This document shows positions 41,918 to 56,576 of a DNA stretch of 64,000 bases, one piece after another. Both the position numbers and the translations under genes were made by a program. This stretch comes from Octopus sinensis (lineage: Eukaryota): assembly GCF_006345805.1 (NCBI RefSeq), contig NC_043010.1, positions 53,568,001 through 53,632,000 of the forward strand. Direction: 5' to 3'. Under the pieces are notes generated by a model. That model ran no database searches. It was not told the origin of the DNA and saw only the letters and a program-made list of their open reading frames with translations. Within the stretch, counting starts at the first letter, position 1. Every line of letters begins with the position of its first letter.

Positions 41918-42579
41918 TGATATATAAAAACATGTGACATATTAATAAAAATCTGTAAATATAATACCATCCAGATTTCTGAGTACCTTATTTCTTCAAA
42001 TACACCTCCCCCCACACACGCACATCAATATATATATATGTGCATATATTTCGGTTTAGATATGTGTATATTGGCATATATTTGTATGTGTGTATGTGTG
42101 TGTGAGTCTGTGTGTGTTTGTATGTATCCGTATGTGTGTGTCTGCGTGTCTCGGTAGGTAAGAGGCATCCCTATCCTATACATGTGCAATGTGTTCAGAA
42201 AATTGCTTCGTAGACAATAAGTTAGTTTTGACAAAATTTTCTTTAAATAAAGAAATATATAGTAATAATAAATGAAATACTAGTTAGTAACTTCAGCTCA
42301 AACTTGTTAATTGGACAATCTACAGGACAAATTATAGGATAATCAGACAATGTTGAGCTAATCTGTTACAGTTATACAACACAGAATTAAAACACATCGA
42401 CCCTATATAAGAGGCCAACGGATCGATTTGTAGAATAATTAGAACCTGATATCATCATGTAATATACATGGCCATATTAGCATATTTAAGAAAAACTGAA
42501 TGATGTCCTTGGTCATCATGAAGCTTTAAAAATACATTTGTAATCATAGAGCGTACACCAGACAATGAATGTCACATGC

Positions 42580-42659
<80 letters not shown>

Positions 42660-42698
42660 TTACCGGTCTACTAGCTGTCTCTCTGTCTGCCTATGTGA

Positions 42699-42742
<44 letters not shown>

Positions 42743-42805
42743 ATAGGTAGCTAGCTAGACCTGTCTATCTACCTCTCTAATTCTCTGTCTGTCTATCTGT
42801 CTATC

Positions 42806-42840
<35 letters not shown>

Positions 42841-42845
42841 GTCTG

Positions 42846-42920
<75 letters not shown>

Positions 42921-42945
42921 GTCGATGGATCTATCTGTCTATATT
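42580..42945. repeat. (TCTA)n/(TCTG)n microsatellite
   Basis: Direct reading. Confidence 0.95.
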
Positions 42946-43392
42946 GCAATTAAACTGAAATTCGGTAAATTTCATGACTCAAACAGCTACAGAGGACAGC
43001 AGTACCAAGATTCAAGGCAGTGATTCATGCAATTACGAACACATTACTATGCCATTACTGCACATAATACCAAACAAAACTAGATAGACAAAAGTCGATA
43101 AAATAGCCATCTTAATGGTATTTCATGAAGAATCCAGAAACTTGTCTATAGAATTTCTATTAAGGTCAAAATATGAATGGAAATCAATGCGAATTATATG
43201 TGCTGGCATAAAGTATGGAGTTAAAATTAAACAAGGTAATTTTAGATAAAGGTGTTATTTCAGGTACAACATCATTCCGGCAATCCTTTTCTGCCTACTG
43301 CAATAAAATTGCTACTATTGCATATTTCTTCTGAAGATGATATTGATAAATTCTGGAAAGGTTAATGGCCTGAAAAATAGAATATCTCTATA

Positions 43393-43790
43393 TACTCTTT
43401 ACTCTTTTACTTGTTTCAGTCATTTGACTGTGGCCATACTGGAGCACCACCTTTTAGTCGGGCAAATCGACCCCAGGACTTATTCTTTGTAAGCCTAGTA
43501 CTTATTCTATTCGTCTCTTTTGCCGAACCGCTAAGGTACGGGAACGGAAACATACCAGCATCGGTTGTCAAGCTATGTTGGGGGGACAAACACAGACACA
43601 CAAACATATACATATACACATACATATATATACATATACACATACATATATATACATATATACGACGGGCTTCATTCAGTTTCCGTCTACCAAATCCACT
43701 CACAAGGCTTTGGTCGGCCCGAGGCTATAGTAGAAGACACTTGCCCAAGGTGCCACGCAGTGGGACTGAACCCGGAACCACGTGGTTCAT
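43393..43790 (-). mobile_element. SINE B, nearly full length
   Basis: Reverse complement of 26756-27172. Confidence 0.9.
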
Positions 43791-43926
43791 ACGCAAGCTA
43801 CAAAAGTATAGCCAATCATTAATTAGAAATTTCGAATTTGGGCACAGATGGATTCTTCTACAAGACCTACAGGAATACAAGCGTATACTGACGAGAGTAA
43901 TGCAGGTTTCCCCAAATTTGATCCTA

Positions 43927-44670
43927 GGGGCAGGTGTGACTGTGTGGTTAGACGTTTGTGAGCTGGCAGAGATGTTAGTGCGCCGGACGAAATGCTTAGC
44001 GGTATTTCGTCTGTCTATATGTTCTGAGTTCAAATTCCGCCGAGGTCAACTTTGCCTTTCATCCTTTCAAGGTCGGTAAATTCAGTACCAGTTACGCACT
44101 GGGGTCGATTTAATCCACTTCAGCCATTTGTCTGTCTTTGTTTGTCCCCTCTGTGTGTAGCTCCTTGTGAGTAGTAAAGAAATAGGTATTTCGTCTGTCT
44201 TACGTTCTAAGTTCAAATTCCGCAGAGGTCGACTTTGCCTTTTATCCTTTCGGAGTCGATAAATTAAGTAACAGTTACGCACTGTGGTCGATGTGATCGA
44301 CTTAATTCCTTTGTCTATCCGTATTTGTCCCATATATGTTTAGCCCCTTGTGGGCAATAAATAAATAAGTTTGCTTTCCAATCACATGGTCCCGTGTACA
44401 GTCCCACTGCGTGGCACCAAAACCTAGTGAGAGGATTTAGTAGACGGAAAGCGAAAGAAGTGCGTTGTGCATGTGTTTGTCTCCCGACAGCACTTGGTAA
44501 CTGGTGTCGATGTGCTTACATCCTCCCAGATCAGCAGTTCGGCTATAAAGATCGATAGAATATGAATCAGGCTTAAAAAATAAGTATCGATAGTCGATTC
44601 ATCTGGCAAAGAATTCTTCGGGGCGGTGCCCTAGCTTGGCCGCAGTCTAATGTCTGCAACAAGTAAAACA
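43927..44670 (+). mobile_element. Old SINE B with a nested SINE A dimer (~43958-44367)
   Basis: B head gcaggtgtgactgtgtggttag resumes at ~44368 as gtttgctttccaatcacatggtccc. Confidence 0.75.
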
Positions 44671-45084
44671 TAAAATCATCACAAACACATCCCAAGTATC
44701 TATCGTGTTCTTAAACAGAACAGTCCTTATATTGCTCTGCTGCAATGATGTTATTTATTCATTTAAAATTATATAACGGACCTCTTCCTTATTAAATAAT
44801 TTCATGCTGTAATATTTGAATAAATAAAGTTTTGAGTTAGTTTCTATGCCTATTTAACAGTTTCTGTTCAGCGGTTTCTCTCCGTCCATGAAAAAATCTT
44901 GATAATCGAATCAAGTAGAATTTAATGCTTCGCATATCAAGTCAAACGTAAATGACCTAATATCGAAACGTATCTATGTAGATACATACGCATATCCGCA
45001 TATATCTGTACACATATATACGCATGTACATATATGCTCAAGAATACATATACATACGCACACACACATACATATGTATATTCT

Positions 45085-45145
<61 letters not shown>

Positions 45146-45307
45146 GTATGTGTGTTCGAGTGTGTACGTGTTCCACTGTCTACGTATGTATGTTCCGCGG
45201 ATGACAATACATTCCTTCCCTTTGAAGCTGTTCTGGACCTCCAGAATTGTGGGTAGCATGACGAACCCCTTAATTACCATTAATCCCAGTTCACTTTCGC
45301 TCTGTAT

Positions 45308-45475
45308 GCAGTTCTGGAGTGACTGTGTGGCAAGTAGCCTGTTTACCAATCACATGGTTCCGGGTTCAGTCCTACTGCGTGGAACCGTGAGCAAGTGTCT
45401 TCTACTATAGCCTCGGGCCGGGCCGACGAAGCCTTGTGAGTGGACTTGATAGACAGAGACTGAAAGAAACCCGTC

Positions 45476-45546
<71 letters not shown>

Positions 45547-45660
45547 CGTGCGTTCATGTGCGTGTGTGTGCGTGCATGTGCGTGTGTGTGTGTGTAAGTT
45601 TGTGTGTGTGTATGTTTGTGTGTCTGTGTTTGTTCGAGAAAGGGCGGTGCTCCAGCATGT
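45308..45660 (+). mobile_element. SINE B with internal deletion
   Basis: Head and CORE-like part present; jumps to ggcggtgctccagcatg. Confidence 0.8.
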
Positions 45661-45996
45661 GAAGATATTTAGTCGAACGAATCGAGCCAATTATTTTTTG
45701 TTAAAGCGTAATACTTATTGTATCCGACTCCTTTGTTAAACATCTATGTAACGGGGGCATAAACGTATCAATATCGATTTCAAAGCTTAGTTGAGAACAC
45801 ACATAAATACAAAAACACACAAACTGCGGGCTAATTTCAGTTTCCGTTTAATAAACCTATTGACGAGGTTTTGATCTGACTAGTGCCGTGCAGTGGGACG
45901 GATCCCAGAACCATGAGGTTGTGAAGCAAACCTCTTACCACACTGCCACATTTAAACGCTCATATACATGTAGATATGTGTGCGTGTATGTGCGAG

Positions 45997-46234
45997 GGTA
46001 TCATGATAAAATCACCACGAGGACAAAATACCCCAAGAAAAAACTTCACCAGCCAAATTTTAAACAAAGGATCAACCAATAATTTAAAATAAAATTTGTA
46101 ATAAAATTTCACTTTTCGAAAATATTTTTTATAAAGAAAAAAACAATATCCAGGGGGGATATTGATTGCCGGGGCATTTTGTCAAGAGGGGACTTTGTCC
46201 TCGCTGAGGGTGGTGGTGGATTTTTCCTAGTACC
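45997..46234. mobile_element. Small MULE-like non-autonomous DNA element
   Basis: Imperfect TIRs (ggtatcatgataaaatcaccac / gtggtggatttttcctagtacc), sub-terminal ggacaaaat-type repeats, 9-bp flanks atgtgcgag/atgaacgag. Confidence 0.5.
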
Positions 46235-46782
46235 ATGAACGAGCGGCTGTGTTATTCATTGCTCACACGTAAGCAAGTGCTTCCACAAATAGACATAGAT
46301 GGTAAACGTGTGATAAGTACTGGAGTCGATGTGCTCGACAAATCCATTGGAAGTATTACCACACGATACGCGCAACCCAAGTGGTTATGCGCAGCACAAA
46401 AATAATTCGAATCTAAGTTTTGGACTCTTAGTTTCATACTGCAAACGGGCTGCGCGTTGTAACTATGCTATGTGTGGTCAACTTTTCGTCTCCTAGAACT
46501 TCTCCTTTGTTTACTGGGGGAACATCTAGGATGCAATTTCGAGGAGTACATTCGATTGTAATATTTGTTTTTTCGCATCTGGATAAACGTTCGGTCATTT
46601 TTAATCATAGCGTGGAAGACAATACACACAAAACATACATACATACACACGCGTGCACGGACACATACATAAACACACACGCGCGCACACACAGATACAC
46701 GCGCACACACAGATCCACGCGCACACAGAAACACACAAACATAGACATACATACATACATACATACATACATACATACATAC

Positions 46783-47333
46783 ATGATGGCCGTCCACTCG
46801 TGACCGAGGAAGACCATTGCCGACCTTCAGGAATATTGTGCGCTCTAGGACTAACTTATATTTTGCATTTGCGGCTCCGTTGGTGGCTAATGAGCCCTGC
46901 TCTTGACAAGCATACACGACTGCAAACATTGCAAACCAAGCTTTCCCCATTCACTATACAAGCTGTGCGCTTTCGCGCAGCTCGCTTAAGTTCTTCATGC
47001 TGGATACGTGCTCCCTCAATAGTGTCAGTCCCCTCCTTAACCTGCTTCCTCCATCTGTAGCGATGACAGGCATTGTTCTCCCAGTCAGTGTCCTGCATAT
47101 CAAAGGCCTTTAACGAGGACTTGATACAGTCCTTAAATCGCAGCCTTGGTTTCTGCCGGAGTCTCCTTCCATTTACAAGTTCTCCATAGAGCATCTGCTT
47201 AGGAATCCTTCTATCCTCCATTCTAATAATGTGTCCAGTCCAACGCAACCGGTGCTTGTGTACCATCGCCTCAATACTCAAGATATCAGCTGTCCTCAGG
47301 ATCTGTGTGTCTGGAAGTTTTGAGGTCCAGCCA
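46783..47333 (-). mobile_element. 5'-truncated RTE (BovB-like) LINE 3' end with open frame
   Basis: RLRWTGHIIRMEDRRIPKQMLYGEL..GRR....PRLRFKD..K, terminal CxxC...H zinc finger, short 3' UTR, inserted in (CATA)n. Confidence 0.9.
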
Positions 47334-47352
47334 ACATACATACATACATACA

Positions 47353-47388
<36 letters not shown>

Positions 47389-47418
47389 TATATATTATAT
47401 ATATATATATATATATCA

Positions 47419-47670
47419 TAATATTAGGGAGAATAACTCCAAACTTACAGGGAAAAATTCAATTTAGTATTAAATCAAATTTCATATCTGCATTAGAATT
47501 GCATAATAGTGGTTTTATCTCTAATTTATATTATATATATATATATATATAATATTAGGGAGAATAACTCCAAACTTACAGGGAAAAATTCAATTTAGTA
47601 TTAAATCAAATTTCATATCTACATTAGAATTGCATAATAGTGGTTTTATCTCTAATTTATATTATATATA
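47419..47670. repeat. Tandem duplication of a ~131-bp unit in (TA)n
   Basis: taatattagggagaataactcc...ctctaatttatatta twice. Confidence 0.9.
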
Positions 47671-47698
47671 TATATATATGTATGCATATGTATATGTG

Positions 47699-47799
<101 letters not shown>

Positions 47800-47807
47800 T
47801 ATATATA

Positions 47808-47856
<49 letters not shown>

Positions 47857-49063
47857 CACATATACATATGCATACAGTGGGATTCAGACACATTGTCAAC
47901 CCATTTGATATGGGGGATTGATGTAAATTATCTCTTATTAAAAGATTAACGAGAAAACTTTAAAAAAAAAAAACGCAGACGTATTGAGAAAGAATTCTCT
48001 CCAGAAATGTGTTCCTCAACGAGTTACACACATCTTCCATACACTTGATGATACCCAGACAGGAAGGAACCAATAATATATTTATTTGGATAACTATAAC
48101 CAACAACGCTATTCTTACAGAATTGGAATGTTTGCTGCCAGAGTGCATAAAACTGCTTCTCTTTTTTTTTTCTGTATAAGCAATATTTGTATTGTATATG
48201 TTGTAAAAAACACATATTTCCTTCGACTCTGCATAGAAGGAAGTATCTCCATGAACCCACCAAATTACACACAGTATTCACTTTTTTTTTTTTTTCTAAC
48301 TATGTACTATCGGTTGGCATTTTCAGTTTATAAACAAGAGGTGAATTGGAAATCTGTCTTGAAGAGATAACTAGCAAAAAAAAAAAAAAAAAAAAAAAAA
48401 TTCAAGTTATTTACGCACATGACTATACTAAACGACATAAAAAAAGTAGTTGACTAAACACAAAACTGTCCACATTTAACAATAAAACTATTCTGAAATA
48501 TAACCGAATGTTTTATGTTGAGAAAACTAAGATGGGAAACGGATAATCGATAAATCACCCGTATAACTTTAGGTGAGGGGGAAAATTTTTTACTAAGATA
48601 TGAGACATTGTAAAGAGATCTCAAAGGTATCTTAAATCCCTTCTAAAACTTTTGGTGAAATTTAAAACACAGTTAAACTAACCTTCCAGTTTCGTGTTTA
48701 ATTTTTCTTTTCTTTTTGGTCATTATACGTGTCACGCAAGTTTCATCTAATAAAACTGCACAGCTGTCAACTGGGAGATCAGCACAGAATTTTAGAGCAA
48801 TGCTCCAACTGATATATATACAATACAACAGTTTCAGAAATGAAGTTTCCTCTTAGGTATTCAAGCGTAATTATTTTGAGTACAGGGAGAAATCATTTAG
48901 CCAAACACAGACAGAAAGCGATACAAATAATTTAACCAGCAATGTAACCACTACAGGAAAATTATATAAAAGTTTCAATAATTTTGTTCACCCACCTCTA
49001 GGACCAGATGGTATTTCAGCCCCCGTTGCAAAAGTGTGCAGGAATATCTTATAAAAAATAAAC

Positions 49064-49223
49064 AAGCGCAGGGGTGGCTGTGTGGTAAGTAGCTGGCTTA
49101 CCAACCACATGGGTCCGGGTTCAGTCCCACTGCGTGGCAACTTGGGTAAGTGTCTTCTACTATAACCTCGGGCCGACCAAAGCTTTGTGACGGAAACTGA
49201 AAGAAGCCCGTCGTATATATGTC

Positions 49224-49255
<32 letters not shown>

Positions 49256-49463
49256 TTGTGTGTCTGTGTTTGTCCCCCAACATCGCTTGAAAACCCATGC
49301 TGGTGTGTTTACCTCCCCATAACATAGCGGTTCGGCAAAAGAGACCGATAGAATAAGTACTAGGCTTACAAAGAATAAGTCCTGGGGTCGATTTGTTCGA
49401 TTAAATGCAGTGCTCCAGCATGGCCGCAGTCAAATGACTGAAACAAGTAAAAGAGTAAAAGTA
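49064..49463 (+). mobile_element. SINE B, full length
   Basis: Matches 26756-27172. Confidence 0.9.
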
Positions 49464-49574
49464 TTGAAAATCGCTATCTACAATTCTTTTAGGTTCTATA
49501 AAATAACTAAAAACAACAAATGGTAAAAATAGGGTAAAATTAAATAACTATAGGACTTGCAGATCTCATATATC

Positions 49575-49647
49575 ATATGTCAAACAGTTTCTAGAAAAAT
49601 AGCAACTTATTTGCAGTTGCTATTTTTCTAGAAACTGTTTGACATAT
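49575..49647. repeat. Perfect 33-bp inverted repeat, 7-nt loop
   Basis: atatgtcaaacagtttctagaaaaatagcaact-tatttgc-agttgctatttttctagaaactgtttgacatat. Confidence 0.9.
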
Positions 49648-49851
49648 CTGTGTCCAAATTATGATGAATTGGTTGCGTTTATTTACACATTGCTGTCAAC
49701 AGCCCGTGAAATATGACTGCCGAATTAAGCCTAAGCTACAAGCACTCGGTCTTTGCCATTTCTAGACAATGTATGGTGTTTATTTATATGACATCAGGAA
49801 ATAATATAGCGCTGAGTGGATGTACTCAACACGATATCGTTTTGTTGTTTA

Positions 49852-49882
49852 CTAGCAGTAATACCCGTCGTTGATTGGGTAG
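49852..49882 (-). mobile_element. Helitron 3' terminus remnant
   Basis: Reverse complement cccaatcaacgacgggtattactgctag|t resembles 41890-41918. Confidence 0.5.
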
Positions 49883-50587
49883 TTACTTTTATTCTTTCAC
49901 GGGTGCCAGATTCAAAGTGTTATTATATAGAGATATTTTTTCCTCCTGTATGTATGTATGTTATAAGGAAAAAAAAAACACGTAATAATTGAAGTAGAAA
50001 AAATATCAATTTCATACAGGAACTTCTGTTTGTTTATTATATGACACATAAAAGTATGTGTTATTTTATATGTTATTACCGTATTGGCAATTACATAATA
50101 CACAAGCTTTGATCGGCACGGAGATGCGATAAAAGGGAATTGCCCAACGTGATGCACAGTGGGTCTGAACCCAAGGTGACATGGTTAGAAAGCAAGCTCT
50201 TTAACCACACAGCCACACCTATAAAGGAGAGCTATATTTTGGATAATATACTGCTTGATACAACATACTTAACAAAAAGATGGGATGTTTACGGCGATAA
50301 GACTTTTGATTTTGATATTTACTCGAGCACCAACTAACAACGCTAGCCGTTACAGGATGTTCCACAATCAACTAACTGTTTCAATGAAATGGAGCACATT
50401 AAAAAAAAAATTGATAGAATTTTATATTTATTACCAAAACGTAGGTTTATAAATCCTACGTCAAACGTTTATTGAAAATTTTCAACATGTCTGTATCAGT
50501 GCATACTTCAAATCATTCCTTAGCGTTGTGAAACACATTTTGAAGCACTTCTCATTCCTAAGGTATTTTTCGATGTTGTTGTTGTTG

Positions 50588-50630
<43 letters not shown>

Positions 50631-50751
50631 GAATAATTCAAATGTAATTATTCGTTGAATCGTCAAATATATGTTTTCCTGGAAAGAAGCAGGATTTCGC
50701 TGCTGTAGCGTCACTCCACCATAGGCAGCCTATGAACTTTTCAACACACCT

Positions 50752-50792
<41 letters not shown>

Positions 50793-51122
50793 CACAAACA
50801 GACGCATACGCACACCCTCAAGCACACACACACACACACACACACAAATACAAGCACACGCACAAACAAGCATAGACATATATATATGCAAACTACATCT
50901 GCAAAAACCTGAAGAAATCAAGAAATGGTAAATTCGTGCAAAATAAATCACAATGAAATACGTAAGCAATAAATATAGAGACAAAGAAATAAATATAACT
51001 TAATATATCACTATTCTATAACGAGTAGAAAGATGTTACAATAAATCTAATACGATAAATAAGTAATTTGTAAGGTTGAAATGAAAATCTTAGACAATAT
51101 GATAAACAAATACTAAATTTAC

Positions 51123-51522
51123 CTCTTTTACTTGTTTCAGTCATTTGACTGTGGCCATGCTGGAGCACCGCCTTTAAATCGAGCAACTCGACCCCAGGAC
51201 TTATTCTTTTGTAAGCCCAGTACTTGTTCTATCGGTCTCTTTTGCCGAACCGCTAAGTAACGGGGACGTAAGCACACCAGCATCGGTTGTCAAGCAATGC
51301 TAGGGGCACAAATTCAGACACACAAACACACGCACATATATATATATATACATATATACGACGGGCATCTTTCAGTTTCCGTCTACCAAATCCACTCACA
51401 AGGCATTGGTCGGCCCGAGGCTATAGTAGAAGACACTTGCCCAAGGTGCAACGCAGTGGGACTGAACCCGGAACCATGTGGTTGGTAAACAAGCTACTTA
51501 CCACACAGCCACTCCTGCGCCT
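51123..51522 (-). mobile_element. SINE B, full length
   Basis: Reverse complement of 26756-27172. Confidence 0.9.
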
Positions 51523-53652
51523 ATAGCCACTCCTGTTTTATGATTAGAAATATTTACTTTGTAACATATTTATCATGGCTTTTGCTATTGTCTTACGTAT
51601 GTTCTCTATTAATGTTGATAATCGGAATTATAATAGAAGACTATGTACGAATAGACTCATCAAGGCAGCTCGTTCAATTTCGAGTGAGAGCGCTCTCTCA
51701 CACCCTGTCATTCTCTACTGAATATTCGTCCAAGGCCTTCACCCAGTCGCCTTTCTATGCTTCAGTAGATATACTTTGTAGCGATATTCAGTGTTAGGCA
51801 GTCTACAACTGAGAGTTTCAGTTGTTCAATTCTCACCTATTTTACATGACAATAACCATATGAAAAAAAATAGTTGTAAAAATATTTTCATTATTGCATC
51901 GAACTCTCTCATGCACCAGATGGCAATTGCTGAAAAGCATTCGTGAAGTAAAATCATGTAGCAACACCAAATGGCGGTGCCCCAGCATGGCCACAGCTCG
52001 TGAGCTGAAGCTAGATAATATTAAAATAAAATATAAAATGAAATATAAAATTATATTTGAAATGCAATGAGAAAGGTGTATTATTGAAAGATATAATTGT
52101 GGGAATTTGTTAATTACGAACTCAGTATGAAACAGGTGATACCCGGATTATATAAAAGAAATTCTGCTTCATATCTTCAAATCCTTTCCAACGAATGCAG
52201 ATTTACAGAAAAGCAGAACTCTTGGTTTAGAGACTGCTTCCACTATTTCTAAAGGGACTTAACTCCTACTCACTTAGATCATTACCTTCACGAAGAGAGG
52301 CCCTCCATTGCAAAAGAGAAGTTAAAACACATTCGTTCATCAACGCTTGGGGTATTTCTAATTCCTCGTACGCTGTTGCTAGTTGAATGTTGACCCTCTG
52401 CTGTACTATTAGCCTTTTCCCCAGGTCTTGACTTTATCCTAATAAATATAGAAGAAGTCTCCTAACGAAACGCTCACACCTATACTCACGCAAACACACA
52501 CACAGACTCGCACGCATGTATGCATCCGCTCCTAGTCACTGCGAAGGAGAAACGCAGAAGAGAAAATCAACAGCGCTGACATCGTGAGACTGAGAACGTA
52601 GAAGCCCGACCAGAAAAGTTAACCACTTATATATTCGAACGTATGGAGTAATCGTTACTATGGCGTCAACATACTTTATTATCGAAAAGCTGAGTTGGTG
52701 AATACACATGATAATACATACGGATATTTCTACATAAGCATCTAAAGATTAGATATACTTAACATACAAGTAACGAAGCCGAGCTAGTTTCAGGAGTTGC
52801 ATAGAAACTAATAAGAAAAATACACAAAAATCATCGTAGTTTATTGTTGGCGATGTTCTCCACACTTTCCCCCTTCTCGCTATTTAAGCTTTTATTACCT
52901 CAACTAAGTTTATTTATGTAATTTATAATTAAAATATATATTTCTTTATCAATACGCACGAACAAAGGCAGAGACGCACACACACACACACACTGACACA
53001 TACACGCATGCTTTATACTCGCTTATTTACATAAACGCTTATTTATACACGCATAAAATATCTTCAAGTGTTGAACGATAACTTAAGTATTTTACGATGT
53101 ATTCAGCTTACACCATTCACGTAATATGCGATATAAAAAAACCTTTAAAAATACGCAAGCTCACTCACATTAATACATACACATACACGCACACACATAC
53201 ACGCAACCAGGAACAGATGCATAAACACATACACAAAGAAACACAGTCACACTTGCACACGTACACAAAATCTATTTCCAAGTGTTGAACGATAACTGAG
53301 TATTTACGATCCATTTTAGTCAATATATTGGCGTAATTTTTAATTTCTTGAAGATAATTTTTTTTTAAACGTCCACCATCTTACCCAACGTATACACACG
53401 CATCTATACACGTATTGTATCTCCATGTGTTTAACGGTAGCTATGTATTTACGATCGGAATCTCAAGTAGTGAATAACTTTCAATTTAATTACTGAAAAG
53501 ACATTTCTTTTCTTTACGGAGGAATTTACAGAACAAAAAAAATTTCAATGATATATTGTAGAAAAGATTTCTATGGAAAATACGAAATATATTTAAGGCG
53601 AAGGCAAAATAAAATCTTTTGAAACAATGTATGGAAACATATATGCAAGTGT

Positions 53653-53723
<71 letters not shown>

Positions 53724-53996
53724 GCAGAAATATATAGATGTATATATATGTATACATAAATATATATATATATATACGAATATATATCTATATCTATCTA
53801 TCGATTTGTCTGTAAATATATACAGAGAGAGTGAGAGAGAAAGGATATACATATGTACAGAGAGAGAGGGAGGGAGGGGAGATAGAGGGAGGGGATATAC
53901 AGTGAGGGAGAGAAAGAGATAGAGAGAGAGAAAGAGGGAGAGAAAAAAAGAGAGAGAGAGAGTGATAGTTAACAGCACGACTAGAAAAAGGTACTA

Positions 53997-55053
53997 TCAG
54001 GTTGAATAAAAAGTAAGCAACGTTTTGAACCATGAATTATTTGTACCAGAATTTTGCAGAGTTCTGAAGTTTGTTAAAACAATTTTTTGTAACAGTTTGA
54101 TAACACAGACATAAACTTGCTCAAATGAATATCAATAAATCAACGTTGATATTTTTCCTCGTTGATACAGTCATCGGAACTGGACCACTCGAAGCGCGAC
54201 ATTCGATCAATTTTGCTTTTCACTTTTAAAAAGGACGTAACGCAGCTGAAACTGCTCGCCATATCAACTAAAAGTTTGGGGAGGAAATGACCAGTGAGTG
54301 GTCAGCTCGAAAATGGTTTCAATGATTTCGCAGTGGAGACCTGATTATTGAAGATTGTGAGCATAGTGGACGCCCATCAGTCATCGATGACGGTCAATTA
54401 AAAGCCCGTCAGTGAAAAGATCCACACAAAACCACTCGGGAACTGGTAAGAGAACTTCAAGTTAGCCAGAAAACTGCCTTCAAACATTTGCATGCGATCG
54501 GAAAGTCAAAAATGCTCGACAAATGGGTAGCACACGATTTGAATGAAAATCGGAAAACGTACAGATATGAAATTTGCTTTCTATAACCAGACGGATGCAC
54601 ATTTCGATTTCTTCTCTATAACCAGACTGATGCACTTTTCTACTGTTTTGTAATTTGTGATAGAAAGTGGATTCTGTACAATAATAAAAAGCGTTTTTTT
54701 ATTTTTTTGCAGTGGTTGGTCCAAAACGAAGCACCGAAAATCTTTCCTAAACGGGAGTTCTTCAAAAATAAGATTATGATGACTGTTTAGTGGTGCACTA
54801 CTGGATATATCCACCATTACTTCTTAAAACCCGGAAAAGAACATTACTGCAGAAACACATTGCCAAAATGAAGGAAAGATTGCTGAAAGAGCGTTCAAAG
54901 TGTTCATCAGCTCCAGAGATTTATGTTACCTGAAAAAACAAACTTGTAACTCGTAGGCAAAAATGTGTTGATTGTAATGGTATTTGCTTTGATGAACAGA
55001 ATTTCCGCATTGTTGAAATATTTTGTGATGAATGACATGTTTCAAAACGTTGA
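53997..55053 (+). mobile_element. Decayed mariner transposon (transposase pseudogene)
   Basis: TA|tcaggttgaataaaaagtaagcaacgttttgaac left TIR, with its inner part mirrored at 55036-55053. Translations GRNAAETARHIN..FGE...RKWFQ*FRSGD..IED.EHSGRP, KWVAHDL (WVPHEL-like), ICDRKWILYNN. Stops, frameshifts and an internal deletion. Confidence 0.85.
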
Positions 55054-55443
55054 GAGTTTGTAATGAAATATATACATACATACATAATACATACATACAT
55101 ACATACATACATACATACATACATACATACATACATACATACATACATACCTGCATATATATATAAATATAACAGAAAAAAATTTAAGTTAAAAATTTAA
55201 ATTAAAGAAATATTTTTAAAAATATAAAAATCTATAAATATAAATTAATAATTTTAAATTTAAATAATTTGAATTTTGAATTTTATTTTTTATATACTTT
55301 GTATATTATATTAATTATTTTTATTTTTATGTTTTGGTTTATGTTTTTCACTGTTTGATTTGCTTAATAGTGGTTTTATCTTTAATTTAATTTTTTATAT
55401 ATATAATACATATATTATATATATACATATATACATAATATAT

Positions 55444-55561
<118 letters not shown>

Positions 55562-56124
55562 TATATATATATATATATATACATATATACAAACCTTGTT
55601 TCAGCGAGATTCGAAATAGAAAATAAAGAATCGATTTAAATTAGTGAATATATTTACCAGCCTAACCACCGATTGTTAAAACACGCCTATGACAAAAATA
55701 CTGAGAGATAATATAAAAATATATATATACCACTACAACGTCAATTCACAAAACAAACGCTTTTCTATCATATTAATTCCAGTGGTGTGAATCTTCTTCA
55801 AATGACATTAATATGACGAAGCCAAAGAACAACATTAACTTCTTTGCAGTCGACACATGAACTCTAATAAACAGTTTATTTCTTTTCCGTGAAGATCAAA
55901 ATGTTACATGAAAGATACGTATATAAATAATTACTAATGAATGAAGACTACCAAAAGCTTTGCACAAGAAATACTAGCAAAATCAAAGTATTTATTGAAA
56001 GGTATCTACTTTGAATCAGAAATGTAGATGCATTAACCAAGGCAAATAAGACACATGTGACATCATATGTGTCTTATTAAAATAATCATGTGATATGTGT
56101 GCGTAGTTATTTGTAAACACACAG

Positions 56125-56428
56125 ACACGGCCTAGTGGTCAGAGCAGCGGACTCGCGGTAGAGGAATCGCGGGTTCAAATTTAAGACCGGGCGAGTGTGT
56201 GTGTTTATGAACGAAACACCTAAGCTCCACCGGGCTCCGGCGGAAGGTAACGTGGTGATCCTCTGCTGACTCTTTCGCCACAACTTTCTCTCACTCTTCC
56301 CCCCCCTGCATCTTACAGCTCTCCTGCGACGGACCGGCCTCCCGTCGAGGTGGGAAATCCTATGCGCCAAGGAAACCGGGAAACTGGCCCTTATGAGCCA
56401 GGCACGGCTCGAGAAGGAACAAACAATA
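56125..56428 (+). mobile_element. Divergent SINE C copy
   Basis: ggcctagtggtcagagcagcggactcgcgg...gaaaccgggaaactggccc. Confidence 0.8.
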
Positions 56429-56456
56429 TATATACATACTAACACACACACATACC

Positions 56457-56518
<62 letters not shown>

Positions 56519-56576
56519 CACAATATACATACATATAACTATCAAAAATGTATACATATATTTATACATTTATATA

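Noticed and set aside
43411-44079. 222-aa ORF
   Set aside because: Runs through an antisense SINE B and a SINE A; the same peptides recur in other SINE copies.
55160-55360. AT-rich quasi-palindrome
   Set aside because: Low complexity; symmetry expected by chance, possibly poor-quality sequence.
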